Assembly (NCBI GenBank): GCA_041946805.1
Contig: JBHGBC010000146.1
Location: 1-15,810, forward strand
Origin: a bacterium
Lineage (GTDB): Bacteria; Hinthialibacterota; Hinthialibacteria; Hinthialibacterales; Hinthialibacteraceae
Direction: 5' to 3'
DNA: 15,810 nucleotides
Of this stretch, positions 1-6,900 are shown in pieces. Every line of letters begins with the position of its first letter. The first letter of the stretch is position 1. Below the pieces are notes generated by a model. That model did not search any database, had not been told where the DNA came from, and was given only the letters and a program-made list of their open reading frames with translations. The translations under genes were made by a program, and so were the position numbers.

Positions 1-242
1 CCGGCGGAATCCTCGCGGCCATCCCGGGCAGCCGCCCACGCCTGCTCGAATATCCGCATCCGTTCGCCGGGACTTGGCTCCGGTACTTGGAATCCCTTGG
101 CCAGATCCAACGCCGCGGCCAGATTTTCACTACGGTGACGGCAATCGGGGCAGACGCGCACGTGTTCCCACAAGGTGGGATGAGCGCCCGGTTCGACGTG
201 CATCTCCACGAGCTGTTCCTCGTTCACATGCTTCTCGTTCAT
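1..242 (-). CDS. Zinc-binding anti-sigma factor (ZAS / zf-HC2 type), 3'-truncated by the window edge
   Basis: Not in the ORF track because it has no stop in the window. My translation from the ATG at 242-240 is MNEKHVNEEQLVEMHVEPGAHPTLWEHVRVCPDCRHRSENLAAALDLAKGFQVPEPSPGERMRIFEQAWAAARDGREDSA..., with the HxxxCxxC motif (H27, C31, C34) and an upstream His5. The ATG overlaps the ECF sigma stop (ATGA at 242-239). Confidence 0.85.
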   Translation of the reverse strand, partial: MNEKHVNEEQLVEMHVEPGAHPTLWEHVRVCPDCRHRSENLAAALDLAKGFQVPEPSPGERMRIFEQAWAAARDGREDSA

Positions 243-820
243 GGTTCCTGTTCCTGGTAGGCGAGATAATCCGCCAACGCTCTCCGCACCGCCGCGACTG
301 CCCGGTAGAGATGCGATTTCACCGTGCCCTCCGAGCAATTCAACGCGAGAGCGATGTCGCGAAGCGGCGTGTCTTCGTAATGCCGCAGAACAAACGCCGC
401 CCGTTGTTGGACCGTCAAGCGGCTCAAGACTTCCTGAATCGCTTCGTGGATTTCCTTTTCCTCCACCTCGTCGCGCGCCGAGGGGAGGGCGGATGGCCAG
501 GAGGATCCAGCCTCATCATCCAACCTCACCGCGTGGACCTGCCGGTGTTTGCGGCACCCGTCGATCGCACACCGCACCGCGATGGTGGCGATCCACGACC
601 GCGCCGACGTTCCCGGCAGGAACCGGTGGGCGTTGCGAAACACCTTGATCCACGCTTCCTGGGCGGAATCCTTGGCCAGCCAATCGTCCAGCAGCACACG
701 ATAACCTATCCGATACACCAGATCCGCATACCGGGCATACAACAACCCCGCCGCGGATTCGTCTCCCCGGGAAACGGCAGCCAGCAACTGGTCGTCGGCG
801 ATTCGGCTCTCGTCCTGCAT
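239..820 (-). CDS. ECF-family RNA polymerase sigma factor (sigma70 group 4)
   Basis: 193 aa. Region 2-like LYARYADLVYRIGYRVL..AKDSAQEAWIKV and region 4 HTH LTVQQRAAFVLRHYEDTPLRDIALALNCSEGTVKSHLYRA. Followed directly by an anti-sigma. SD-like GGGGTG lies 8 nt before the ATG. Confidence 0.93.
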   Translation of the reverse strand: MQDESRIADDQLLAAVSRGDESAAGLLYARYADLVYRIGYRVLLDDWLAKDSAQEAWIKVFRNAHRFLPGTSARSWIATIAVRCAIDGCRKHRQVHAVRLDDEAGSSWPSALPSARDEVEEKEIHEAIQEVLSRLTVQQRAAFVLRHYEDTPLRDIALALNCSEGTVKSHLYRAVAAVRRALADYLAYQEQEP

Positions 821-834
821 GGTCTTTACACCCC

Positions 835-867
835 ATATTAACGGAGGCCGGGATGCGGCGGTTTACA
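835..867 (-). promoter_or_regulatory. Putative ECF-dependent (autoregulatory) promoter
   Basis: The minus strand reads TGTAAAC (867-861), 17 nt, CGTTAATAT (843-835). This matches the AAC/-35 and CGT/-10 pattern of many ECF promoters and lies just upstream of the ECF ATG at 820. Confidence 0.65.
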
Positions 868-927
868 GGAAAATTTGGAGAGGCGCATCCAATCCATCAG
901 CATTCCATTCTTTCTCATGGGAATTTT

Positions 928-953
928 GTAGGGGCGGACCATGGTGTCCGATC
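928..953 (+). repeat. GTAG-type REP-like imperfect palindrome
   Basis: GTAGGGGCGGACCATGGTGTCCGATC: a GTAG tetramer followed by a CGGAC/GTCCG stem. Resembles the degenerate minus-strand copy at 3203-3225. Confidence 0.5.
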
Positions 954-1031
954 ACGTCATACCGCGGATAGAATCCCTTTTTCAATATCAGGTACACACT
1001 GTCCGGAGGAACAAAAAATGATCGGGAGAGG

Positions 1032-1059
1032 TTGACAACATACTTGCTTTTCATATAAT
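1032..1059 (+). promoter_or_regulatory. Sigma70-type promoter for the rrf2-porin-sulfate ABC cluster
   Basis: Perfect TTGACA (1032-1037), 16 nt, perfect TATAAT (1054-1059), in an AT-rich stretch 32 nt upstream of the ATG at 1092. Confidence 0.85.
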
Positions 1060-1082
1060 CCTACTAAGCCAATGGATTTTAT
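1056..1082 (+). promoter_or_regulatory. Putative Rrf2/CymR-type operator, copy 1 (overlaps the -10 and the likely start site)
   Basis: TAATCCTACTAAGCCAATGGATTTTAT, an imperfect dyad (AATCC-N12-GGATT). Shares ATCCTACTAA-N4-ATGG with the site at 1555-1581. Confidence 0.7.
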
Positions 1083-1091
1083 AGGTTATTC

Positions 1092-1541
1092 ATGCTTTCC
1101 AAAAAAGCCAAGTATGCCCTGATCGCGATGCTCTCCCTCGCCCGCAAGTACGGCGAAGGTCCCATTGTGATCTCGGATCTGACCGAGGAAGAAGGAATTC
1201 CACGGAAATTCACGGAACTGATCCTCTTGGAAATGAAGAATAACGGCTTGTTGCACAGTAAAAAAGGAAAAGGGGGTGGCTATTGGCTCCGGAAACCTCC
1301 CACGGAAATTACCTTAGGTACAATCATCCGGTTGATTGACGGCCCCCTGGCCCCGGTTTCATGTGTCAGTTTGACCGCGTACCAGAAATGCGAGGAATGC
1401 CAGGACGAAGCCACCTGCGGGATCAAACTGGTGATGAAAGAGGTCCGCGATTCCATCGCCAACATCCTGGATTCCACCAGCTTACGAGATGTTTTGGACA
1501 AAGTGAGCACGCAAAACCAGACTATTATGTATTACATCTGA
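1092..1541 (+). CDS. Rrf2-family transcriptional regulator (CymR/IscR-like), probable sulfur/cysteine regulator
   Basis: 149 aa. Rrf2 motifs KYALIAM, GIPRKFTELIL, SKKGKGGGYWL and ITLGTIIRLIDG. Cys cluster C91-x8-C100-x2-C103-x5-C109. C-terminal MYYI. First gene of a sulfate uptake cluster. Confidence 0.93.
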   Translation: MLSKKAKYALIAMLSLARKYGEGPIVISDLTEEEGIPRKFTELILLEMKNNGLLHSKKGKGGGYWLRKPPTEITLGTIIRLIDGPLAPVSCVSLTAYQKCEECQDEATCGIKLVMKEVRDSIANILDSTSLRDVLDKVSTQNQTIMYYI

Positions 1542-1554
1542 TTTTTTTACGGCA

Positions 1555-1581
1555 TTATCCTACTAAATCTATGGGAATAAT
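1555..1581 (+). promoter_or_regulatory. Putative Rrf2/CymR-type operator, copy 2 (between rrf2 and the porin)
   Basis: TTATCCTACTAAATCTATGGGAATAAT. The 10-mer ATCCTACTAA is identical to copy 1, followed by ATGG at the same spacing; imperfect dyad symmetry. Confidence 0.7.
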
Positions 1582-1639
1582 TACAATTTTACCTGTTTGA
1601 TCTACTCTTAGTTGGACGTCAACATATCTATATCTTATT

Positions 1640-3088
1640 GTGGCAAGGAGTTGGATGAAGATGCGGAATTATGGATGGATCGCCGCCGGGGCTGTGCTGA
1701 TTTCGCTCTTCCCTGCGTCCCTCGGATTCCCGCAATCCGGGAATCCGGAACAGCCATTGGATGCCGCCACCCTCCGGAATGAATTACAGCAGCTGAAGGC
1801 CAAAGTGAAGAAACTGGAAATCCGGCTCTCTGAATTGGAAGCCGCGGGTACCGCGTCGGCCGGTACGGTTAAGGAAACGACTCCAGTTTCCGGCCCGGAG
1901 AAGCAATCCGCGCCGGCGGCGAAGCCGGAAGCGTCATCCAGCCCGGTGAGTCTGGACCGCAAAGGCCTGTCCGTACAATCGGCGGACGGGGATTTCCAAA
2001 TGAAACTGCACGGGTACCTCCAAATGGATTCGCGTTTTTACCTGGGCGATGAAGAGGTTTCCGATGACACTTTTTTGCTGCGCCGGTTCCGTCCGATCCT
2101 CGAGGGTACGGTATTCGATTTCTACGACTACCGCTTTATGCCGGATTTCGGGAACGGCAGCACCTCATTGTATGACGCGTACATGGACATTCATTACTGG
2201 CCCGAGGCGCGCCTGCAGATCGGCAAATTCAAACCACCGGTGGGACTTGAGCGCCTGCAATCCGCCCAAGCCATTACGTTTGTGGAGCGTGGACTGCCCA
2301 CCTCGCTGGTCCCTAACCGGGACGTGGGTATTCAGCTGCAGGGCGAGGTGCTCGGCGGCGCGCTGGCCTACGCCGTGGGAGTATTCAATGGAGTGAAAGA
2401 CGGGGGAAACGGCGATCTGGACGACAACGACGGCAAGGATTTTGAGGGCCGGATCTTTGCACATCCCTTCCTCGGGAGTGAAATCGACAGTCTCAAAGGC
2501 CTGGGAGTGGGTTTGGCCGGGACTTATGGCGACTACGAAGGTTCCCCGGCATCTTACAAATCCACGGGGCAGTCTCAGTTTTTCTCCTTTGCCAAAGGGG
2601 TGGAGGCCGATGGCACGCATACCCGCATATCTCCCCAGGGGTACTACTACTGGGGACCCTTCGGGCTCATGGGTGAATATGTGCTTTCCTCTCAGGATTA
2701 TATCCACAACGGCTTGACGGAAGCGTTCGGCAACGACGCGTGGCAGATCCAGGCTTCGTACGTGCTCACCGGGGAAAAAGCCTCCTACATGGGCGTGAAA
2801 CCCAAGAAACCGTTCAGTCTGAAGGACGGGACCTGGGGCGCGTTCGAACTGGCGGCCCGCTATGGCCAATTGGATGTCGAGGAAGACGCGTTCCGGCTAG
2901 GGTACGCGGATCCGGCTCAATCCGCTGACGGGGCGGAGGAAGTGGGAGTGGGATTGAATTGGTATCTGAACGACAATGTGCAGTTCAAGACCAGCTATTC
3001 GCACCTCGAATATTCCGGCGGAGGCGCGGGCGGCGCGGACCGGGAGAGCGAGGACGTGATTATCACCCGGTTCCAAATCGGATTTTGA
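1640..3088 (+). CDS. OprO/OprP-family anion-selective outer-membrane porin, probably sulfate-associated
   Basis: Signal peptide and an N-terminal coiled coil (LRNELQQLKAKVKKLEIRLSELE). Family motifs FLLRRFRPILEG, LQIGKFKPPVGLE, FVERGLP, RDVGIQL, ASYVLTGE, GAFELAARY, VGLNWYLN and terminal Phe. The true start is more likely ATG 1655 or 1661, after AAGGAG at 1645-1650. Confidence 0.88.
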   Translation: MARSWMKMRNYGWIAAGAVLISLFPASLGFPQSGNPEQPLDAATLRNELQQLKAKVKKLEIRLSELEAAGTASAGTVKETTPVSGPEKQSAPAAKPEASSSPVSLDRKGLSVQSADGDFQMKLHGYLQMDSRFYLGDEEVSDDTFLLRRFRPILEGTVFDFYDYRFMPDFGNGSTSLYDAYMDIHYWPEARLQIGKFKPPVGLERLQSAQAITFVERGLPTSLVPNRDVGIQLQGEVLGGALAYAVGVFNGVKDGGNGDLDDNDGKDFEGRIFAHPFLGSEIDSLKGLGVGLAGTYGDYEGSPASYKSTGQSQFFSFAKGVEADGTHTRISPQGYYYWGPFGLMGEYVLSSQDYIHNGLTEAFGNDAWQIQASYVLTGEKASYMGVKPKKPFSLKDGTWGAFELAARYGQLDVEEDAFRLGYADPAQSADGAEEVGVGLNWYLNDNVQFKTSYSHLEYSGGGAGGADRESEDVIITRFQIGF

Positions 3089-3098
3089 GAAGCGAGAC

Positions 3099-3132
3099 GC
3101 AGGATGGATCAGCGCGTGGCGCGGAATCCATC
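3099..3132 (+). repeat. REP-like hairpin (G[T/C]AGGATGG family) just after the porin stop
   Basis: GCAGGATGGATCAGCGCGTGGCGCGGAATCCATC, with a GATGGAT/ATCCATC stem. A similar start (GTAGGATGGG) occurs at 9454. Confidence 0.55.
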
Positions 3133-3229
3133 AAATAGGCCGATCAAGGTTTATCCGGCATTCGCATACAGGTTTATATTTATACCAATGCAGACAATCG
3201 CGCGGATACCAGGCTTGGGCCCTACATAA

Positions 3230-3267
3230 TTCCCTCACTCCGGCCCTCTCCCAGAGGGAGAGGGAAT
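3230..3267 (+). repeat. REP-like family A (CCCTCACCCT-NN-CCCTCTCCC-NNN-GGGAGAGGG), copy 1
   Basis: TTCCCTCACTCCGGCCCTCTCCCAGAGGGAGAGGGAAT, containing a 9-bp CCCTCTCCC/GGGAGAGGG stem. Five copies in the window. Confidence 0.85.
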
Positions 3268-3292
3268 ATATGCTCCGATGATGGTCTTGTAC

Positions 3293-3319
3293 GTCATCCC
3301 CCCGAAAGCGGGGATCCAG
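3293..3319 (+). repeat. REP-like family B (GTCATCCCC...GGGGATCCAG), copy 1
   Basis: GTCATCCCCCCGAAAGCGGGGATCCAG, with an ATCCCC/GGGGAT stem. Second copy at 5676-5703. Confidence 0.75.
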
Positions 3320-3392
3320 CTAAGCGTGAATAGACATGGACGAATACTCCGAATGGAATGCAGTTTCAAACGCCAATGGCGCATCGGAAGCA

Positions 3393-3414
3393 AGCCCAGG
3401 GCTTTCACTCTGGG
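3393..3414 (+). repeat. REP-like family C (AGCCCAGGG...CCTGGG), copy 1
   Basis: AGCCCAGGGCTTTCACTCTGGG, preceded by a small palindrome CGCCAATGGCG. Other copies at 5855-5878 and 9544-9567 (reverse). Confidence 0.7.
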
Positions 3415-3436
3415 ATGGTCACGGTCATGGCATTGA

Positions 3437-3474
3437 ATTCCCTCTCCCCCCGGGAGAGGGTTAGGGTGAGGGAA
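3437..3474 (-). repeat. REP-like family A, copy 2 (inverted)
   Basis: Reverse complement TTCCCTCACCCTAACCCTCTCCCGGGGGGAGAGGGAAT; 32/38 identical to copy 1 by manual alignment. Confidence 0.85.
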
Positions 3475-3534
3475 AAACTTACACCGGGAAGGTTTCAGCA
3501 GGATTTCAATCCATAACAAACGAGGAAAACACGT

Positions 3535-4581
3535 ATGGCTAAACCCTGGCTTTTCTCACTCCTGATCTTCGGCCTGATGGGCAGCGCCCAGGCCCAGGTC
3601 ACGCTGTTGAATGTCTCCTACGACCCCACCCGGGAGTTGTACCAGGAGTACAACAAGGCCTTCGCGGAATATTGGAAAGAGAAGACCGGCGAAACGGTCA
3701 CGATTCGCCAATCGCACGGCGGCTCGGGCAAGCAGGCGCGTTCGGTGATCGACGGGTTGGAGGCCGACGTGGTCACCCTGGCGCTGGCTTACGACATCGA
3801 CGCGATCCATGAAAAAGCCGGCCTGCTCCCCAAGGATTGGCAGTCCCGCCTGTCCCATAACAGCGCGCCGTACACCTCGACGATCGTGTTCCTGGTCCGC
3901 AAGGGCAATCCCAAGGGGATCCAGGATTGGAATGACCTGGTGAAGCCCGGGATCTCGGTGATCACCCCCAATCCCAAAACCTCGGGCGGGGCGCGCTGGA
4001 ACCACCTGGCCGCTTGGGGTTACGCATTGCACCAAGAACTGGGTGATTTCGAGAAACTGCAGGATCCCGCCGCCGCCGAGTCTGTCAAAAAGGCAGAAGC
4101 CAAGGCGCTGGAGTTCGTGAAGGCCTTATTCAAAAACGTGCCGGTGCTGGATTCAGGCGCGCGGGGCTCCACCACTACCTTCGTGCAACGGGGCATCGGC
4201 GATGTGCTGCTGGCCTGGGAAAACGAAGCGTTTTTGGCGGTCAACGAACTGGGGAAAGACAAGTTCGAGATCGTTGTTCCCTCGATCAGCATTCTCGCCG
4301 AACCGCCCGTGGCGGTAGTGGATAAATTCGTGGACAAGCATGGAACCCGCGCGGCGGCGGAAGCGTATTTGCACTATTTGTATTCCCCGGTGGGACAGCA
4401 GATCGCCGCCCGGCATTATTACCGCCCGGTATCGCCCGAAGGGGTGAATCCGGAGGATCTGAAGCGCTTTCCGGAATTGCGCTTGTTTACCATCGCCGAG
4501 GTGTTCGGCGGATGGAGCCAGGCCCAGGCGGCGCATTTCGACGACGGCGGGATTTTCGATCAGATTTATTTGAAGAAGTGA
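3535..4581 (+). CDS. sbp: Sulfate ABC transporter periplasmic sulfate-binding protein
   Basis: Signal peptide ending AQA. Motifs [82 protein letters not shown] and [17 protein letters not shown] upstream. Confidence 0.96.
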   Translation: MAKPWLFSLLIFGLMGSAQAQVTLLNVSYDPTRELYQEYNKAFAEYWKEKTGETVTIRQSHGGSGKQARSVIDGLEADVVTLALAYDIDAIHEKAGLLPKDWQSRLSHNSAPYTSTIVFLVRKGNPKGIQDWNDLVKPGISVITPNPKTSGGARWNHLAAWGYALHQELGDFEKLQDPAAAESVKKAEAKALEFVKALFKNVPVLDSGARGSTTTFVQRGIGDVLLAWENEAFLAVNELGKDKFEIVVPSISILAEPPVAVVDKFVDKHGTRAAAEAYLHYLYSPVGQQIAARHYYRPVSPEGVNPEDLKRFPELRLFTIAEVFGGWSQAQAAHFDDGGIFDQIYLKK

Positions 4582-4634
4582 GAATGGAGCACAGGCACCA
4601 AGCCGGTTCAAGGGATCCTTCAGGAACGATACCC

Positions 4635-4660
4635 GTAGAGGCATGTGGCCGCGTGCTTCT
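4635..4660 (+). repeat. GTAG-type REP-like hairpin
   Basis: GTAGAGGCATGTGGCCGCGTGCTTCT: AGAGGCATG pairs with CGTGCTTCT using G-U wobbles. Confidence 0.5.
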
Positions 4661-4671
4661 GTCAGGATTTT

Positions 4672-4705
4672 CCCTCATCCCGGCCCTCTCCCAAGGGGAA
4701 AGAGG
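4672..4705 (+). repeat. REP-like family A, copy 3
   Basis: CCCTCATCCCGGCCCTCTCCCAAGGGGAAAGAGG, between sbp and cysT. Confidence 0.75.
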
Positions 4706-4786
4706 ATGAGTAGCAGAGGATTCGTGTCATGGGCCGATATCGCGCCGAAATATCCAGTCCCTATTTCATCTGAGTGACTTGAATTT

Positions 4787-5620
4787 ATGTACAGATTACA
4801 AAAAAAACATAGCGTGATTCCCGGATTCGGCTTGTCGTTAGGATACACGATTTTCTATCTTTGCCTGGTGGTGCTGATTCCCCTCTCCGCGCTTTTGTTC
4901 AAATCGTCCTCCGCGGGTTGGGCGCATTTTTGGGAGACGGCCTCCGATCCCCGGGTGATAGCCTCGTACAAGCTCAGTTTCGGGGCCTCGTTCGGCGCGG
5001 CGTTGGTGAACACCCTCTTCGGCCTGTTGGTAGCCTGGGTGCTGGTGCGCTATCCGTTTCCGGGCCAGCGGCTGATCGACGCCTTGGTCGATCTGCCCTT
5101 CGCCCTGCCCACCGCCGTGGCGGGCATTTCGTTGACGGCGGTTTATTCGCCCAGCGGGTGGATCGGCCGTTGGCTGGAGCCGTGGGGAATCCAGGTGGCC
5201 TTCACGCCGCTGGGAGTGTTCGTGGCGCTGACCTTCATCGGCCTGCCCTTCGTGGTGCGGACCGTGCAACCGGTGCTGCAGGACATCAGCCGGGAAGTGG
5301 AAGAGGCGGCCTCCAGCCTGGGCGCCACCCGGATGCAGACCTTCACGCGGGTGATTCTTCCCTACTTGTGGCCGGCGCTGCTGACCGGCTTCGCGCTGGC
5401 CTTCGCGCGGGCGCTGGGCGAATATGGATCCGTGGTGTTCATTTCCGGCAACATGCCGATGTACACCGAAATCACTCCATTGTTAATCATCACCAAACTG
5501 GAGCAATACGACTACGCCGGAGCGGCGGCCATCGCCGTGGTGATGCTCATCGCCTCGTTTGTGCTGCTGCTGATGATCAACGTGCTGCAATGGTGGAGCC
5601 GCCGGCGGTACCAGGAATGA
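4787..5620 (+). CDS. cysT: Sulfate ABC transporter permease CysT (CysU)
   Basis: 277 aa, multi-TM. Motifs [55 protein letters not shown] motif EEAASSLGA and [16 protein letters not shown]. Confidence 0.96.
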   Translation: MYRLQKKHSVIPGFGLSLGYTIFYLCLVVLIPLSALLFKSSSAGWAHFWETASDPRVIASYKLSFGASFGAALVNTLFGLLVAWVLVRYPFPGQRLIDALVDLPFALPTAVAGISLTAVYSPSGWIGRWLEPWGIQVAFTPLGVFVALTFIGLPFVVRTVQPVLQDISREVEEAASSLGATRMQTFTRVILPYLWPALLTGFALAFARALGEYGSVVFISGNMPMYTEITPLLIITKLEQYDYAGAAAIAVVMLIASFVLLLMINVLQWWSRRRYQE

Positions 5621-5675
5621 GGGATTCATGGTGGATTATTGCATGCCGATCGTGACACGGAAACCAATCCAGGTT

Positions 5676-5703
5676 GTCATCCCCGCACAAGCAGGGGATC
5701 CAG
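5676..5703 (+). repeat. REP-like family B, copy 2
   Basis: GTCATCCCCGCACAAGCAGGGGATCCAG. Confidence 0.75.
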
Positions 5704-5762
5704 AATCCTTTCCCGGGCGATATCCGCAAGGGTGCGTTGCGGTACGCCATCACAAACAATTA

Positions 5763-5795
5763 CCCTCACCCTGGCCCTCTCCCGGGGGGAGAGGG
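5763..5795 (+). repeat. REP-like family A, copy 4
   Basis: CCCTCACCCTGGCCCTCTCCCGGGGGGAGAGGG. Confidence 0.85.
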
Positions 5796-5854
5796 AAACG
5801 GATTGAGTGGCCGGTACAAGACTATTGGAGTCCCCTTCAGGGAACGGCTTTACA

Positions 5855-5878
5855 GTAGCCCAGGGTTTTAATCCTGGG
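5855..5878 (+). repeat. REP-like family C, copy 2
   Basis: GTAGCCCAGGGTTTTAATCCTGGG, preceded by a small imperfect palindrome TCCCCTTCAGGGA at 5831-5843. Confidence 0.7.
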
Positions 5879-5913
5879 CCTAAAAGCCTAGACGTCCAGG
5901 AGTACTTTTTCCT

Positions 5914-6774
5914 ATGCATGTTCATACGCTGTCATCCCATGGCGGAATTGATGTAAATCCTTCGTTGACGGAGCCGCGGATCGTGCGCTGGCTGCTTACC
6001 GGTACGGCATTGCTTTTCCTTTCGCTGTTCCTGTTCGTTCCCCTCGTGTCGGTTTTCGTGCAGGCCTTCGAAAAAGGGATCGGCGCGTACTGGGCTTCGT
6101 TTCAGGATCCCGATGCCTGGGCTGCCATCAAGCTGACCCTGCTCACCGCCGCCATCGCCGTGCCCTTGAACATCGTGTTCGGCATCGCCGCCTCCTGGAG
6201 CATCGCCAAGTTCGAGTTCCCCGGCAAGAATATCCTCATTACCCTGATCGACCTCCCCTTCTCGGTTTCTCCCGTCATTTCCGGATTGATCTATGTCCTG
6301 CTTTTCGGCATGCAGGGCCTGCTCGGATCCTGGCTGTCATCGCACAATATCCAGATCATCTTCGCCGTGCCGGGCATCGTGTTGGCCACTCTCTTTGTCA
6401 CGTTTCCCTTCGTGGCCCGCGAACTGATCCCCCTGATGCAGGAGCAGGGGCAGGAAGACGAGGAGGCGGCCATCGTGCTGGGGGCGAACGGCTTCCAGAC
6501 GTTCTTCTGGATTACGCTGCCGAACATCAAGTGGGGGTTGTTGTACGGGGTGATACTGTGCAACGCGCGGGCCATGGGCGAGTTCGGAGCGGTGTCGGTG
6601 GTGTCCGGCCATATCCGGGGACTGACCAACACCATCCCCCTGCACGTCGAGATTTTGTACAACGAATACAATTTCGTGGCCGCCTTCGCGGTGGCATCAC
6701 TGTTGGCGCTGTTGGCCTTGATCACCCTGGCGGCGAAGACCCTGGTCGAGATCAAGGCCGGATGGAACCGGTGA
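5914..6774 (+). CDS. cysW: Sulfate ABC transporter permease CysW
   Basis: 286 aa, multi-TM. Motifs AIKLTLLTAAIAVPLN, LIDLPFSVSPVISG, GIVLATLFVTFPFVARELIP, EEAAIVLGA and KWGLLYGVILCNARAMGEFGAVSVVSG. No clear SD, so the start is uncertain. Confidence 0.96.
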   Translation: MHVHTLSSHGGIDVNPSLTEPRIVRWLLTGTALLFLSLFLFVPLVSVFVQAFEKGIGAYWASFQDPDAWAAIKLTLLTAAIAVPLNIVFGIAASWSIAKFEFPGKNILITLIDLPFSVSPVISGLIYVLLFGMQGLLGSWLSSHNIQIIFAVPGIVLATLFVTFPFVARELIPLMQEQGQEDEEAAIVLGANGFQTFFWITLPNIKWGLLYGVILCNARAMGEFGAVSVVSGHIRGLTNTIPLHVEILYNEYNFVAAFAVASLLALLALITLAAKTLVEIKAGWNR

Positions 6775-6900
6775 GGACGATCCGTGCTGAAACCCGGTAA
6801 ATAGTTTCAAAGAATGAATAATTGTGTAACTCAAGAAAAAGTTTGGTAATGACATCACCGATACCACACATTCAATCCTAGCCTTTTCGAGGTTTGTTTC

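Noticed and set aside
141..160. Suspected frameshift in the anti-sigma at the CxxC motif
   Set aside because: A recount of the G4 run at 147-150 gives TGC CCC GAT TGC in frame, so the gene is intact.
74..841. 255-aa plus-strand ORF
   Set aside because: Antisense to the ECF sigma and anti-sigma, Arg/Pro-rich, with a TTG start and no motif.
1542..1548. T7 run after the rrf2 stop as an intrinsic terminator
   Set aside because: No GC-rich stem precedes it.
870..1660. Lower-GC stretch as evidence of horizontal transfer of the sulfate cluster
   Set aside because: The AT richness is largely confined to promoter and operator DNA and a small regulator. The downstream genes look host-like and no integrase, tRNA or flanking direct repeats are seen. 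Not quantified.
3235..3519. 94-aa minus-strand ORF, and similar small ORFs at 4512-4709, 5628-5858, 5674-5871 and 5677-5925
   Set aside because: Peptides such as PHPNPLPGGEG, WIPAFGGMT and PSPSGRG are translations of the repeat families. There is no independent evidence of coding.
3089..3534. Possible SAM riboswitch or T-box upstream of sbp
   Set aside because: I found no SAM-I or T-box core motifs by eye, and the structure is explained by repeats. An Infernal/Rfam scan would be decisive.
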